NCBI GenBank assembly: GCA_946965045.2
Contig: OX337229.1
Location: forward strand, 1,860,001-1,924,000
Source: Epithemia pelagica
Lineage: Eukaryota > Protista > Bacillariophyta
Reading direction: 5' to 3'
Length of the DNA: 64,000 nucleotides
A program made the position numbers and the translations under genes. Under the pieces are notes generated by a model. It searched no databases and was not told the DNA's origin. It saw only the letters and a list, made by a program, of their open reading frames with translations. Shown here one piece after another: positions 53,410-64,000 of the stretch (its first letter is position 1; each line of letters begins with the position of its first letter).

Positions 53410-54663
53410 CTAGGACGCCCCGTACAAGAAGGAATGGACAGTTTCGGCCACACGGGGTGCCGATTCAGGATCGGCATGAAAATGATGCGATCCAGGGAGG
53501 GTCGTGTAGACTTGTGGTTGGAGCAATTTCAAACAGGTTTCCATCTTGTCCGCGTCAAAGGGCCATCCATGGTCGGCCAGTACTAGAGCCGTGGGACAGG
53601 AAATGTCGGCATACAAGGCTTGGGTTTGTTCCCAGGACAAAAATTGACCCGAGGGCCATTGCAATCGGGGATCATGACAAAACGAAAATCCAGTCGTCAT
53701 GCCAGTGGACGGGTCATTGTCGTCATCGTCGTCGTCCAGTTCGGGTTTTCGGTTGGCAGTGTCGTGGGAGGGTTGTTTGGCCTTGTCGCTGTCTGTTTGG
53801 GAGTGGAGTGGGACGGGGATCGTCCCGCGTAGAACGAGTTCGGTCGCCGCTGGAGTACTCAACCATTGAGTGCCGGGAAAGGCTTTGGCCGTTTGACATC
53901 GTTGCGCGACGGCACTTTCCAAGGTGGGATAGACGCGGGGTGGTCGAGGACGATACGACGGAGAGGCATGCGCATTGCCCGTGAGACGTTTCGTCACATG
54001 GGCTCGGATATGGTGGCTAATGTCTCGCGGATTCCGATCCAATGGTCCTGCGCCTTCCAACAAGACGAGTTTGTGGACCTGTTCGGGAAAGGCGGCCGCA
54101 TAAAACGTGGCAATCCCTGCTCCCATGGAATGACCAATCAAGGTTACGACGGGGGCCAATGGATTGGCAGTGCTCTTGTTGGGATTGTCGTCTGGTTTTG
54201 TTGCGGTCATGGTTGTCGAGGAGATCCATCCCAATTGTTGCAAGGCTTCTGCTACATAATAGACAGCTTCGGACAAGACCATGGAGGGTCCATCTCGTGA
54301 TTTATGCGAGGATAAGCCATGTCCCAAAAAATCCAAGGCCACCAATTCCACATGGGGCTGATCTGTGACCAATGCTGGGGCCAAGTAATGAAAAGATCGG
54401 GCATTGTCCATCCACCCATGCAAACACAAAATGCGTTGCACCGACGACGACGACGACGAGGCTTTGTCAAACAGCTGTTCGTTGGCTCGCCAGGCTTGAC
54501 CGGCCATCATCATGCCGTCGGAACAATGCAGTTGAATTTCACGACAGGCGGGGACCATCGAGGAGCGTGTGGATATCGAAGAGGATGGTACGACGACAGG
54601 GGACGACGTCATTTTGGCAAGTGCGGCAGCAGCAATCGTTGTCGACAATCCTCGCAGGACCAT
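53410..54663 (-). CDS. Alpha/beta hydrolase (serine hydrolase-like, SERHL type)
   Basis: LCLHGWMDNARSF, ALDFLGHGLS, nucleophile LIGHSMGAG, LVLLEG, catalytic His in LPGSHHFH. Confidence 0.93.
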   Translation of the reverse strand: MVLRGLSTTIAAAALAKMTSSPVVVPSSSISTRSSMVPACREIQLHCSDGMMMAGQAWRANEQLFDKASSSSSSVQRILCLHGWMDNARSFHYLAPALVTDQPHVELVALDFLGHGLSSHKSRDGPSMVLSEAVYYVAEALQQLGWISSTTMTATKPDDNPNKSTANPLAPVVTLIGHSMGAGIATFYAAAFPEQVHKLVLLEGAGPLDRNPRDISHHIRAHVTKRLTGNAHASPSYRPRPPRVYPTLESAVAQRCQTAKAFPGTQWLSTPAATELVLRGTIPVPLHSQTDSDKAKQPSHDTANRKPELDDDDDDNDPSTGMTTGFSFCHDPRLQWPSGQFLSWEQTQALYADISCPTALVLADHGWPFDADKMETCLKLLQPQVYTTLPGSHHFHADPESAPRVAETVHSFLYGAS

Positions 54664-55383
54664 GTAGAGTATTGGTGCCTCCGGATTCCACCTTTCTTGT
54701 CACAATCGAACCGATGATGTGATATATGCTTTCTATTGGTATGTCTCCCTCGCTGCTTTCAAGAACTTACGAGCTCTTTTGGTGGCTTCTCAGTTGTTCC
54801 ATGATCCATGATCCCCGTTTCCGTGACAAAGGTTGCCCGACGTGTGGTGCGTCATCTTCATCAGATGCCATTGACGATACTCTCTAGCCGATCAACTTGA
54901 GTGTAATATGGATTTGCCTTTACGATGTCACTGAACTATTCCTTCGCAGTGATAGGATGTAATAATATCCAAACACACATAGAGGTCGCGCATAGCGTTG
55001 CAAGATCGCTTGTTATTCGCGTATAGTGCGAACGCGGGAATGAATCACGGGATTACACAATGGATTGGCACTGTTATTGGTTATTGAGATCGTCATCTGG
55101 TTTTGTTGTACCTTACTCGTTGTCGAGGAGATACGTCCCAAGGCTTTGGCCACGTAATCAACAGATTCCGACAAGACCACGGAAGGTGTGCTCTGGACGC
55201 ATGCAGCATCGACAAAAGAATCTGGCCTCGGCCACCTGTAGAACGAACGAATGAAAAAACGGAATCTTAAATCTACAGGGCATCATGGATGCGACGAAAG
55301 GCTATCAGCATTGACCACCAACGACTTGTAATGTCAACAACTGCATGATTGTGTTCACATAAGACCCGGACGCAAAGGCCTCT

Positions 55384-57614
55384 TCACCACACACCCGAAC
55401 TGTTGAATCCACGCCAGGCCGTGGGGAACATGTCATTGGGAATTTCCATAAAGTGTCGAAAGGCTTGCTTCAAAAACAAGTCATTGGTATAGGGTAAGTC
55501 AATGGCTCGAATGGCTTCTCGTGGAACATTGTCCATTTCCATCCACCACAATTCTCCCTTTTCATTCAAACCCAGTCCCAGTTCCTGCAAGTCGTCCTCG
55601 TATTCGGCGTCCGGCAGAAAATGAATCGTATACGTGTACATGCCATCCCCCTTGGTTTCGTCCTGCTTTCGAGCATGAATGGTACAGGGGAGACCCACGG
55701 TTCGAATGCCCCAGAGTTGATTTGCTTCGCCACTGGTTAAATCCATGACACCAGCTTCTTTCAAGCATCGAAATGCAAAATGGTCCGGATAGGGCGCCTC
55801 TTTTTGTTCTTCCTGTGTCAGGAGCGGTGTATTGGCATTGGCAATATTCCATTCACGAGCTGATTGGTAGGTTTCCGACAAGGACTGATCGGCATTCCAT
55901 TCGTCGACATGCTTCTGCCAGGCCTCATCCCAGGCCGAGCCATAATCCAAGAACAATTCTTCTCCTGCCGCAATGTCACGAGTTGCCACATAATCCCATA
56001 CCAAACCAGGACTGGCAATGGGGTACATTTGTTCCGGATTCTCCAAAAGTAAACTGGCATTGTGTTCCAATTCACCATGGGCCGCCCACTGGATACGAAC
56101 ATTAGCTAGTGATTGATTGTGGTTTCTGTGTTTGCCGTGGTATTCCACACAAACACAAGAAAAGAAGAAAAACTCGGCTCATGGTCAGACTTTGGTCAAC
56201 CCTCGCAGGCAATGCATGCGAGAATATCGATGTTTTGCACTCACATGTATTGTACACCAGGACCGAAGGGGATGAGTACCACGGACGATTCCGGATGTTT
56301 CCAACAGTAATTCATTATGATTTGAGAATGGGTTTGATTTTCCAGTGCAGGTGGATCATTTTGGTGGAACCAGTTGCCTCCATACATTCTAAAATACTCG
56401 TCATTGGGATACCAGAGCAATGGTGAGCCAGTAATGGTTTTATTCTTTTGTACCGACCGAGTGGTAAAGGCTCCTCGACCTGCCTGACGAAGGGTGGACC
56501 AATCCGATGTAATGGCATCGGCACATCGACCATGTTCTTCCAGGTAGGTCATGTTCCTCGTAAAGTGAGGTTGTAGAATCGATCGTATTCCATTGAGACT
56601 CGCATCTTCAAACTCTTGCATGTCCTTGGGAAGCGCATTGAAAAACCGAGACCGTAGTGGCCAACCATAGACCATCGTCCAGAGGTCCTCCATTAATTTT
56701 ACAGAGAGATGGGTCAAATTGGTATCCCACATGGTGTTGAACAGGCCCACAAAGGCTTCGGCTTGAGGGTAATCCTCCCAGACGGGCACAAACTCCAGGG
56801 ATGCTCGTGACAGAAAGTAATTGTCACCATAGTTTTTGAACAGTTCTGAACCAGCAGGTGCACTTGTTGTTGCCACCTGTTACAACCGCACCGAACACTT
56901 GGTGATGAATGACTCTGATAAAGGTCACGTATTATAGTCGGACGATCAGCCGCGACTTACCGTAGAGGAATTGAAGTAAGGACTGAAAGCACCGACACCG
57001 GGATCCTTACTTCTATGCAGATCCCCCGCATCGTAACTTGCATCCAATTTTTCCACGTTGATGAGCCCTTTGGAAAGACGCACACATTGAATCATGTTTA
57101 TGTAAGCCAAGAACTAGAAAAAGACGAACCACTTGACGTTGTTCTCTCACGTACCAAGATGGCAATTGATGGCGCAGTTGAATCCAGGTGCAAATGAGCT
57201 GATTCCAACATTGACAAATGCTGTCTCGTATTGCAATCCCATTTCGCGTCCATCCCAAACGTAGTTGGAGAGTGGGTCAAAATGGTGAAGAGGATTGAAT
57301 CGAAAGTCAGAAGACATGTGGTACAAAAAGTCCACAACCGGAATAATCACATCGCCATAACCAACTATATCACCGGCTTTGAGCTCAATCCCTGTGAACA
57401 CACCAAGACCGGCTCCTGGAATGGTACTGGGTGCGAGATAGGCACTGCATAGCGGTGTATCCACCTTGTTGTCGGCGACACATTGGTGGTTTCCGTCTCC
57501 ATCTTCTGTACAGCGTTGTTGATCACCCATATCGGGCTCTGCATTGATCCTCGTAGCTCTACTAGCAACCAATATGAAAAAGTTGCACCAAGTGAACCAA
57601 CGTGACTCTTTCAT
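55384..57614 (-). CDS. Signal-peptide-bearing protein with two SET-like domains; 4 exons
   Basis: Repeat 1: YLAPSTIPGAGLGVF...INCHLGLIN...AGSELFKNYG. Repeat 2: STLRQAGRGAF...YINHN..ANV...ATRDIAAGEELFLDYG. Exons 57614-57155, ~57068-56959, ~56876-56248, ~56125-55384 join in frame at GT..AG. Confidence 0.82.
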
Positions 57615-58008
57615 GGTTCTTCAAGAGGTGCGGTCTATTGTGAAGAAATCTCTAAAGAAATCTTTCCTTTAGGTGACCCATAGGCGACTGAAGTGACCGC
57701 CTATTCACGTCCTTTAAAAACCACGGCTAACCTTACCATATATATTTACCTTACCACTTACCATATATATTTCTTGTTTCTTGCTCCAATCTTGTCGTCT
57801 TCATCGGACGCAACAAATAATAAATCTCTTTGCATTGTCCAATGAAAGCAACTGTGAGAGATGGAGACCAAGTGAGCACTTTGGAGCTATCTGGCTTTTG
57901 TGGGAAGGAAGAAGTAGGTTACAGGAATCCAACATCCATTATTCAATCGAATTCGTTCAGCTACTAGTGTCCGTCTGTGAGTCCAAAGCGCGAGTGCAGT
58001 TCTTTTGG

Positions 58009-59070
58009 CTACAGTTTGGATTGCTCCACCTTTTGAGGAGCCATCCCGTTCTCCACGTCGGTTTTGGTCCCAGGAGAAGCCTCAGATGTCGTCTTGGCTT
58101 CAGTCGCCGCCTTGGCCGCCTCAATCATTTTGATCATGCGACCCAAAAACACAGGCATTTCTTTCTTTGTGACTGCATAGTACGTCCTCACCATCAATCC
58201 CATAGCGGCACCAGGTAGAATGACAGCCGCTGATGCAAGGTGGGAAAGAAACTTGAAGGCGGGACTATAATCGGGATCATAGATCAAGAACAAGAGTCGC
58301 GACTGCATGCGGCTGTAGATTCGGGATTTCAGTACTGTCGACAATGAAAAGTTGAAAATCATGCTGTTGACAGCCAAACGACGAAGCCACATGGGTGGTT
58401 TTTCCATTGGGTGTTTTGCGAGAAATTCCTGATAACATGGTTGGAGGTTGAGCTCGGCTGCCCCTTCCTTCAAAATATTCATGTACCGTTCCGATGGTTT
58501 AGGGTCCTTGGCAAGACGGACATGAGGCCGTGCTCGAAGGGCAATCGCCTTGACAGGACGATCAGGAGAACTGTAGGGATATGCATCCACCACCACTTCC
58601 TCGTACGATGGTTCGGGTAGATCATCGGCGACTCCCTCCGACCTCATCACCTTTGCGTAATTTTCAGGTGTAAGCACAACCAATGCTCCATGACATTCCT
58701 GCTTGTCGTAGCACAAGAGAGCCTTGCTGGGTGCATCACAAGGTTCCAACGAACCCATGCCAGGTTCCAAAGGCGGAAAGCCTCGCATGTTGAATGCCAG
58801 GCGGTATCCTGGGACGATTGCAGCTTCCATGCTAACAAGTTCAATTGGGGTTCCATTCACACACCTGCCTTCAATTTTGGAACGTAGCATGTTGCTCCCC
58901 AATCCAAAGTAATACATGTTGTTTCCCTTTGCAAGCTCATCGCGTACGAAACTCGGTCGATTACTGTTTGTGGATGGCAAGGATGCTGCAGTAGACGCCA
59001 TCGTTCCAAATGACAAACTATTCACAAGGTTGAAAACAAGAGCTACCAGAAGAATGCGATGAAATACCAT
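58009..59070 (-). CDS. Gamma-glutamylcyclotransferase-like (GGCT/AIG2 fold) protein
   Basis: YYFGLGSNM, YRLAFN, CHGAL..L...Y.KVMRSEG, PSERYMNILKEGA. Confidence 0.8.
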   Translation of the reverse strand: MVFHRILLVALVFNLVNSLSFGTMASTAASLPSTNSNRPSFVRDELAKGNNMYYFGLGSNMLRSKIEGRCVNGTPIELVSMEAAIVPGYRLAFNMRGFPPLEPGMGSLEPCDAPSKALLCYDKQECHGALVVLTPENYAKVMRSEGVADDLPEPSYEEVVVDAYPYSSPDRPVKAIALRARPHVRLAKDPKPSERYMNILKEGAAELNLQPCYQEFLAKHPMEKPPMWLRRLAVNSMIFNFSLSTVLKSRIYSRMQSRLLFLIYDPDYSPAFKFLSHLASAAVILPGAAMGLMVRTYYAVTKKEMPVFLGRMIKMIEAAKAATEAKTTSEASPGTKTDVENGMAPQKVEQSKL

Positions 59071-59233
59071 TCTATATTCTATTGCTTTCGGCAACATGAA
59101 ATACGGAACGAGACGTTGTTCGCCTCCATTCCCATTCCAACACGCCACAGTAACGTCACCTCCACCTGATGGAACATGACGCTCATGAGTCGCATATAAG
59201 AAGCGTTTATAACTAACCGGACAAACGGTTCCT

Positions 59234-61606
59234 TTATTCCGTAGGTTGACTAAACTGCAAAATGGAGGTTTGTTTCAAGGCCTTCCCGTTGTTCTTGTTG
59301 TGGTTCTCTTGCATAATTTCGTCCAGGAGCTTAAAGATGGAGACTCGTTGCTTCTGCGAGGCCTCCATAGTAGATGCACCAGATTCAGTTAACACGGCCG
59401 AATTGGTTTGACTCTTGTGTTCAATCATGTCGTCAATCCTTTCATCGAGTTCTAACGATCTCATCCAAATGCTTTTAACTGGATGCACTTGGCCGATCCG
59501 ACGAACACGATCTATGATGGAAACGTGAAAAGGACAGAGAGATAGAGTCAGCTTGAGAAACAAACCACCACAGAGTCGCGACATTTGGGTAGGTCGATCT
59601 CGCTTACCTTCGGCTTGATGGGCATCTCCCGGTGTCCACGGACGATCCATAAGAATAATGGTACGCGCTGCTGTGAGGGTCAATCCCACTCCTCCAGCTC
59701 CAAACGTACACACAAAGACTGGTGACAGTCCATTTTGGAACTTGTCCACCATAGTTTGACGCTTTGGCGGTGGCGTCTCTCCCGTTAACAACTCTCCCTC
59801 CCAGCCCGCAGCCACCAACTTTTGACGAATAAGCCGTGCAGGTTCCTGGAAGCTTGTAAAAATGACAATGGCCGACTCTTGCTGCAAGATTCGAATGGCG
59901 TACTGGACCGTGGCGTCTACTTTCGATAAACTTCCCACCAAACGAAGCTTTTGAAATGCTCCTAGCACAGCGTCGCTTTCTCCACCACGAGCCTTGGAAT
60001 CCTGATATATCTGGACAAGCTCTTGCATAGCCTGATCGTGATGAAGCTGTTGGCGACTCGACACGGGTACCTTTTCAAAAACTCGTGTCTTGGGTGGCAA
60101 GTTCTTGAGACAATCGTCCTTGGACATGTGTAACATGTGAGATTTGGTCAATCCCCTCAGCTGTTCTAGATTGGAAGATCCAGTTGCTTGCCAGACGGAT
60201 CGAGTTTTTCCAAACCAAACTTGGCGTCCTTCACAAAAATGCGCTTCATAGGCCTTTTGATTCTTGCCCAGAGGATGTCGAACCGCTTTCAACAGGGGAA
60301 ACAAATTGGATGGCTTACCGTTCTTCATGGGAGTCCCTGTGAGCAAGAGCACTCCGATGCACCTTTTATGAAGTGCCAATCCCAGCATGGAAGCTGTCCG
60401 AGCAGATTGCATTGATTGGATCATGTGAGCTTCGTCGGCCACAACGACATAATTTCCTTGCTTGGGTGGAGACGGAACCTTTCCCCATGAATGTATTGAA
60501 ACGGGGTAGGGATTAGAGAAAGAGGAGGGAAAGTCATCCTCGTCATCGGAAGATTGCGATTCATCCGTCGCGTTGCACGGCTTTGACTTTTTGGAAACTT
60601 GTTTCTGGGGCGCACCGGAAACTCCAAGCCCAACCGCTTCTTCTGCAGTTCGCTTCCATTCTTTTTGGAGGGATACGGGGCACACCACCAAGACATGCTT
60701 GCATTGCAAAAGGCTGGTTTCCAGAAACGCATGGGCCCAGACACACCCAATGACAGTCTTTCCCAAACCCATATCCAACGCTAGAATGGATCTTCGCATG
60801 GCCAAGGATTGTTCAATGGCCTTGACTTGGTGAGGGAACAGTGTCCATCCGTTTTTCAATGGGGAGGTTAGATTGGCGTGAGCCAATAGGGTCTTGTAGT
60901 TGCCATCGTCCACCGGTTCAACGCATTTACGGTGAAAGCACAACTCTCGTGGAAGTTTCGCTTGAAGTGGATCTTCATTCTTTTTGGCACAAGCTGATGC
61001 CGAATCAACTTTTTTATTCATGTTTGCGCCATTGTTCCAACCTTCAGGACGAAGGGAAACTAACGTTTTGTGACCAGGTGCCACACCGACAGACGTGGAT
61101 TTCGCTTGACTGCTCACGCTATTCGTAGCGTTACCTTTGTTGGATGAGGAATTCTCTTTGTTGGTTACCGAGGACTGGCGCTCAATCATGGTTGGTTGCC
61201 TGTCTGGCTTGCTATTGTTGCCGGTTTCCTGTGTGCCTTCGAGCCTTGTCGTTCGTGTTGCTGCTTCCGCGACGGCATCGACGGATTGGACGGCAGATTC
61301 CCAGTCGAATCCATCGTCTCCATCAAAGGTATCATCCAACTGCAAAGTGGAATTTGAGGATTCTCCACTTTGTTGTGATGACGATAAAGTAGAAGTTGTT
61401 GTGGTGGTGGAAAGAGTTGTAGAAGTGCATGTTGTCGTAGAGACTTGTTGAACATGGTCGCCATCCCAGGGCCTCTGGGGGCGTTTTTGACAAGCTCGAG
61501 TTTCTACCCTGCCCTTGGTCGTAGACACAGCGGGGGTTTTGGCACTGGATACCTGTGGAGTGGAGTTCAAGCGTCGTTTCGATGTGTAGGGATTTTGCAT
61601 CATCAT
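59234..61606 (-). CDS. SNF2-family helicase, SMARCAL1/ZRANB3-like; one 96-nt intron (59512-59607)
   Basis: LFPHQ, ILALDMGLGKT, VVADEAH, LLTGTPMKN, IVIFTSF, AGGVGLTLTAA, WTPGDAHQAE|DRVRRIGQ. Confidence 0.92.
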   Translation of the reverse strand: MMMQNPYTSKRRLNSTPQVSSAKTPAVSTTKGRVETRACQKRPQRPWDGDHVQQVSTTTCTSTTLSTTTTTSTLSSSQQSGESSNSTLQLDDTFDGDDGFDWESAVQSVDAVAEAATRTTRLEGTQETGNNSKPDRQPTMIERQSSVTNKENSSSNKGNATNSVSSQAKSTSVGVAPGHKTLVSLRPEGWNNGANMNKKVDSASACAKKNEDPLQAKLPRELCFHRKCVEPVDDGNYKTLLAHANLTSPLKNGWTLFPHQVKAIEQSLAMRRSILALDMGLGKTVIGCVWAHAFLETSLLQCKHVLVVCPVSLQKEWKRTAEEAVGLGVSGAPQKQVSKKSKPCNATDESQSSDDEDDFPSSFSNPYPVSIHSWGKVPSPPKQGNYVVVADEAHMIQSMQSARTASMLGLALHKRCIGVLLLTGTPMKNGKPSNLFPLLKAVRHPLGKNQKAYEAHFCEGRQVWFGKTRSVWQATGSSNLEQLRGLTKSHMLHMSKDDCLKNLPPKTRVFEKVPVSSRQQLHHDQAMQELVQIYQDSKARGGESDAVLGAFQKLRLVGSLSKVDATVQYAIRILQQESAIVIFTSFQEPARLIRQKLVAAGWEGELLTGETPPPKRQTMVDKFQNGLSPVFVCTFGAGGVGLTLTAARTIILMDRPWTPGDAHQAEGKRDRPTQMSRLCGGLFLKLTLSLCPFHVSIIDRVRRIGQVHPVKSIWMRSLELDERIDDMIEHKSQTNSAVLTESGASTMEASQKQRVSIFKLLDEIMQENHNKNNGKALKQTSILQFSQPTE

Positions 61607-61999
61607 GCTTGTCGTTCATGTGTCACACAAGGTGCTGAAATCTTGACAAAAGCATTCGCTCAGGGTCCCAGGGATTCCGACAACGGTTTGGACTCGTCGT
61701 TATCTCCAGAAGAAGAAGAGCTTAGGGGGTTAGCTGTCGTAATGATGCGAGAAGCCGATTCTCACCATTGACATGGACAGAACTCCGTGCCGACCGCCGC
61801 TCTTTTCCATTTCTGCCATGGTTCGCCCGTTGCTAGAGCGGCTCGGCTCACTTGAGCGCAGGACCGACCCTGAAAAGAAAGCCCTGCTCGCGCGTGACGT
61901 GCTTTTAAACGCGACCGAGAGAAAATGAAAAAATGATTCCACCAAACACTCCACAACCACACAAGACCACATACCAAGGGCAACTATCATTGATAGACA

Positions 62000-63262
62000 A
62001 TGACAACGACATCTGCGACGACCACGGCTTCGCGAAACAGTCTCTGGGAAGGACTGGGAGGTCCAATCCAAGTGCAGGGCTATCCTAGTATGGGCAATCA
62101 CGTGGTGGACCCAACTTTGGATTCGTGTTGTCAACGTGAGCTCGAAGACAGTCGGAAATACAGTGCCCTTCGTCGAACCCTGCAGCGACATGACGTTGTG
62201 GCCGAACGAGAACGTCGTCGACGTAATTTAGTGCAGGCGTCGGACTTTGATGGGTGTCGATGCTTGTATGTTCCTCGATTGGATGGAGGAGGTGACTATC
62301 GCGCCTTGTCCATTTTGCGAAAACAACGACAACAACAAATGTCTACTCTCAACATGGGAGAAGAATTGTATTGTGTCGATATTGCGGAAGTACAAGAAGA
62401 TGACGTGTTTCCGAACTCGGAACGATCAAACGTAGAGAAGGACGATGAGAAGGACGAGGTTGACGAAGAAGAAGAGGAGGATGAATTTGATTATCTATTG
62501 GACGAGGATCTTCCAGGACAGAGCGAAGAGCTCAAGTTAATTGAAGAACAACGTCGTGCAGAACTTGAAATGGAAATGTTGGAGAAAGAAATTCAATTGC
62601 AACATGGATATGGCGTTCATCGTCAAATGCATCCATCTCATGCACTCAAGGCAGCTGGATTGGTTCCTGGATCTCGCGATCCCCCGCCGTGTGTTGTAGT
62701 TCACTTGTTTGATCCAGACTCGATGCAATCGGCATCGTTGGATTTGTACTTGGAGAAATTGGCCACTCAAATGCGAGGAACCAAGTTTCTGAGGACCAAT
62801 GGCCGTGGCACGCTCCGGTCTGAGGCCACATTGGTGGAAAAGGTGTTGCCACGGATTCGCGCCAATGCCGATTTACCCCTCTTGATTGCCGTACGAAACG
62901 GAGTAGTGGTTCAAACAAGTCCAGGGCTCCAAATCTTTGGGGACTCGCGCCGATACAGTGAAAATAATGATCAAGAGGCCTCTATCCTGCCGGAAGCCGT
63001 GTACGAGTGGCTGGATCAACTGGGTGTTTTGCACGAACGACCACCCCCACTGGAAGCCTTGTGTCGGATTCGTCCCGAAGAAGAAGTTCTCATGGACTAC
63101 TTGGCCAAGCAAAAGCCATCGTCGCCGCCGCAAATGGAGGAATTTTTTAAATGTGGCATGCCGGGCTGTCAAAAACTCTTTGCCCATCAACATGTAGGCG
63201 TGGAAACCAAGGAACAAAGTGGATTGGTCGTCTCCGAGAGTGAGATTTTAGGACAAAGCTAG
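62000..63262 (+). CDS. Phosducin-like (thioredoxin-fold) protein with Cys/His clusters
   Basis: Acidic helical region, then CVVVHLFDPDS...LDLYLEKLATQMRGTKFLR...LPLLIAVRNG resembling the phosducin C-domain. Confidence 0.62.
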   Translation: MTTTSATTTASRNSLWEGLGGPIQVQGYPSMGNHVVDPTLDSCCQRELEDSRKYSALRRTLQRHDVVAERERRRRNLVQASDFDGCRCLYVPRLDGGGDYRALSILRKQRQQQMSTLNMGEELYCVDIAEVQEDDVFPNSERSNVEKDDEKDEVDEEEEEDEFDYLLDEDLPGQSEELKLIEEQRRAELEMEMLEKEIQLQHGYGVHRQMHPSHALKAAGLVPGSRDPPPCVVVHLFDPDSMQSASLDLYLEKLATQMRGTKFLRTNGRGTLRSEATLVEKVLPRIRANADLPLLIAVRNGVVVQTSPGLQIFGDSRRYSENNDQEASILPEAVYEWLDQLGVLHERPPPLEALCRIRPEEEVLMDYLAKQKPSSPPQMEEFFKCGMPGCQKLFAHQHVGVETKEQSGLVVSESEILGQS

Positions 63263-63366
63263 TGATTGTAGAAAAGGGGAAACTTGTGTGAATTGCAGCC
63301 TACTTCCTAATAATGGAACAGAACTAGTTCATTCGTTGTGCGTCAAATCTACAGACGGCCAGCGCA

Positions 63367-64000
63367 TTAGTACCAAGACTGTCGATGTCCTCCACCTCGT
63401 TTGCGATGTTGACTGAGTCCTTTCATTTTGGACTTGCCGCCTTTCTTGGCACCAGCCGATCGCCTATTCTTGGGACCCGTTGAAGGTGCTGTTGTCGAAG
63501 GAATACCAAGACCAGTTTCATCGAAAAGCCCCTTGTCGCTTTCAGCGACTTGCCACGCAGTACTGAGCTCCTTGGCCATGGCTTTGGCCTGCGAACGTGG
63601 TCCCTCGTATTCCCCCAAAACAAGAAAGGGTAATTGCCAAATGGGCTTGGTCGCCCAACTTTCTTGAATCACGATTGAGTCACCTGTGAGCAGAGAATCG
63701 TGGCGGTAGTCGTGATTCTCTTCTTCATCATAATCCTCGTCCGCATCTTCCATGGTTCCATCGAGAAAATTGTTGCCGTTGGTGGCTATTCTTTCCCAGC
63801 AGACATCCATCTCAGCATTGGCTGCAGCTTCATTCACTCGCCTCATGTAATTCTGCACCAACAGCTCCACATCCTGGACATGATCATTCGATGCATGCAA
63901 TCTTAAGGGGGACAGGTCCACCAAGACTCGATCGACGGGTTGTTTGGTTTCAGAACCAGTTGATTTGTACAAGATTATTTGAGGTTTCCCTCTAGCATCA
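63367..64000 (-). CDS. 3' end of an unidentified protein-coding gene (truncated by the window edge)
   Basis: Open frame of ~200 aa ending in a Lys/Arg/Gly-rich tail; no family recognised. Confidence 0.6.
   Translation of the reverse strand, partial: DARGKPQIILYKSTGSETKQPVDRVLVDLSPLRLHASNDHVQDVELLVQNYMRRVNEAAANAEMDVCWERIATNGNNFLDGTMEDADEDYDEEENHDYRHDSLLTGDSIVIQESWATKPIWQLPFLVLGEYEGPRSQAKAMAKELSTAWQVAESDKGLFDETGLGIPSTTAPSTGPKNRRSAGAKKGGKSKMKGLSQHRKRGGGHRQSWY

Noticed and set aside
57732-57772. 16-bp direct repeat CTTACCATATATATTT x2 upstream of the SET gene
   Set aside because: Low-complexity local duplication; no evidence of function.
1-64000. rRNA, tRNA or other structured RNA genes
   Set aside because: None recognised by eye; a covariance-model search would be needed to exclude small RNAs.

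Overview
Gene-dense eukaryotic nuclear DNA with short GT-AG introns. It most likely comes from a diatom, judging by the bipartite plastid-targeting presequences and a CoDi-type copia element; the species cannot be determined. About 22 housekeeping or lineage-specific genes are present: ClpR-like, p47/UBX, Tic22-like, HisD, BRAP2, VPS18, R2R3-Myb, NSF-like AAA, DPH7, TPR protein, Cys-rich surface protein, epimerase, exportin-5, glycosyltransferase-like, CRM, alpha/beta-hydrolase, tandem SET, GGCT-like, SMARCAL1-like and phosducin-like. Three accessory zones stand out. (1) 8.3-10.8 kb: a Myb + HNH-like (Crinkler-type) gene preceded by a hairpin and a pair of diverged non-coding direct repeats. 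(2) 28.4-38.7 kb: a dead copia retrotransposon carrying a 604-bp MITE in one LTR and an apparently intact 3.14-kb PIF/Harbinger-like DNA transposon in its RT. The latter has a CAG TSD, two divergent genes and a ~222-bp palindrome between them. (3) 49.5-54.0 kb: a ~2.8-kb cargo (3' fragment of proteasome RPN1 plus an intact REase-like/kinase Crinkler-type gene) between two ~845-bp direct copies of the 3' end of a hydrolase gene. All family assignments come from motifs read by eye; no database search was run.
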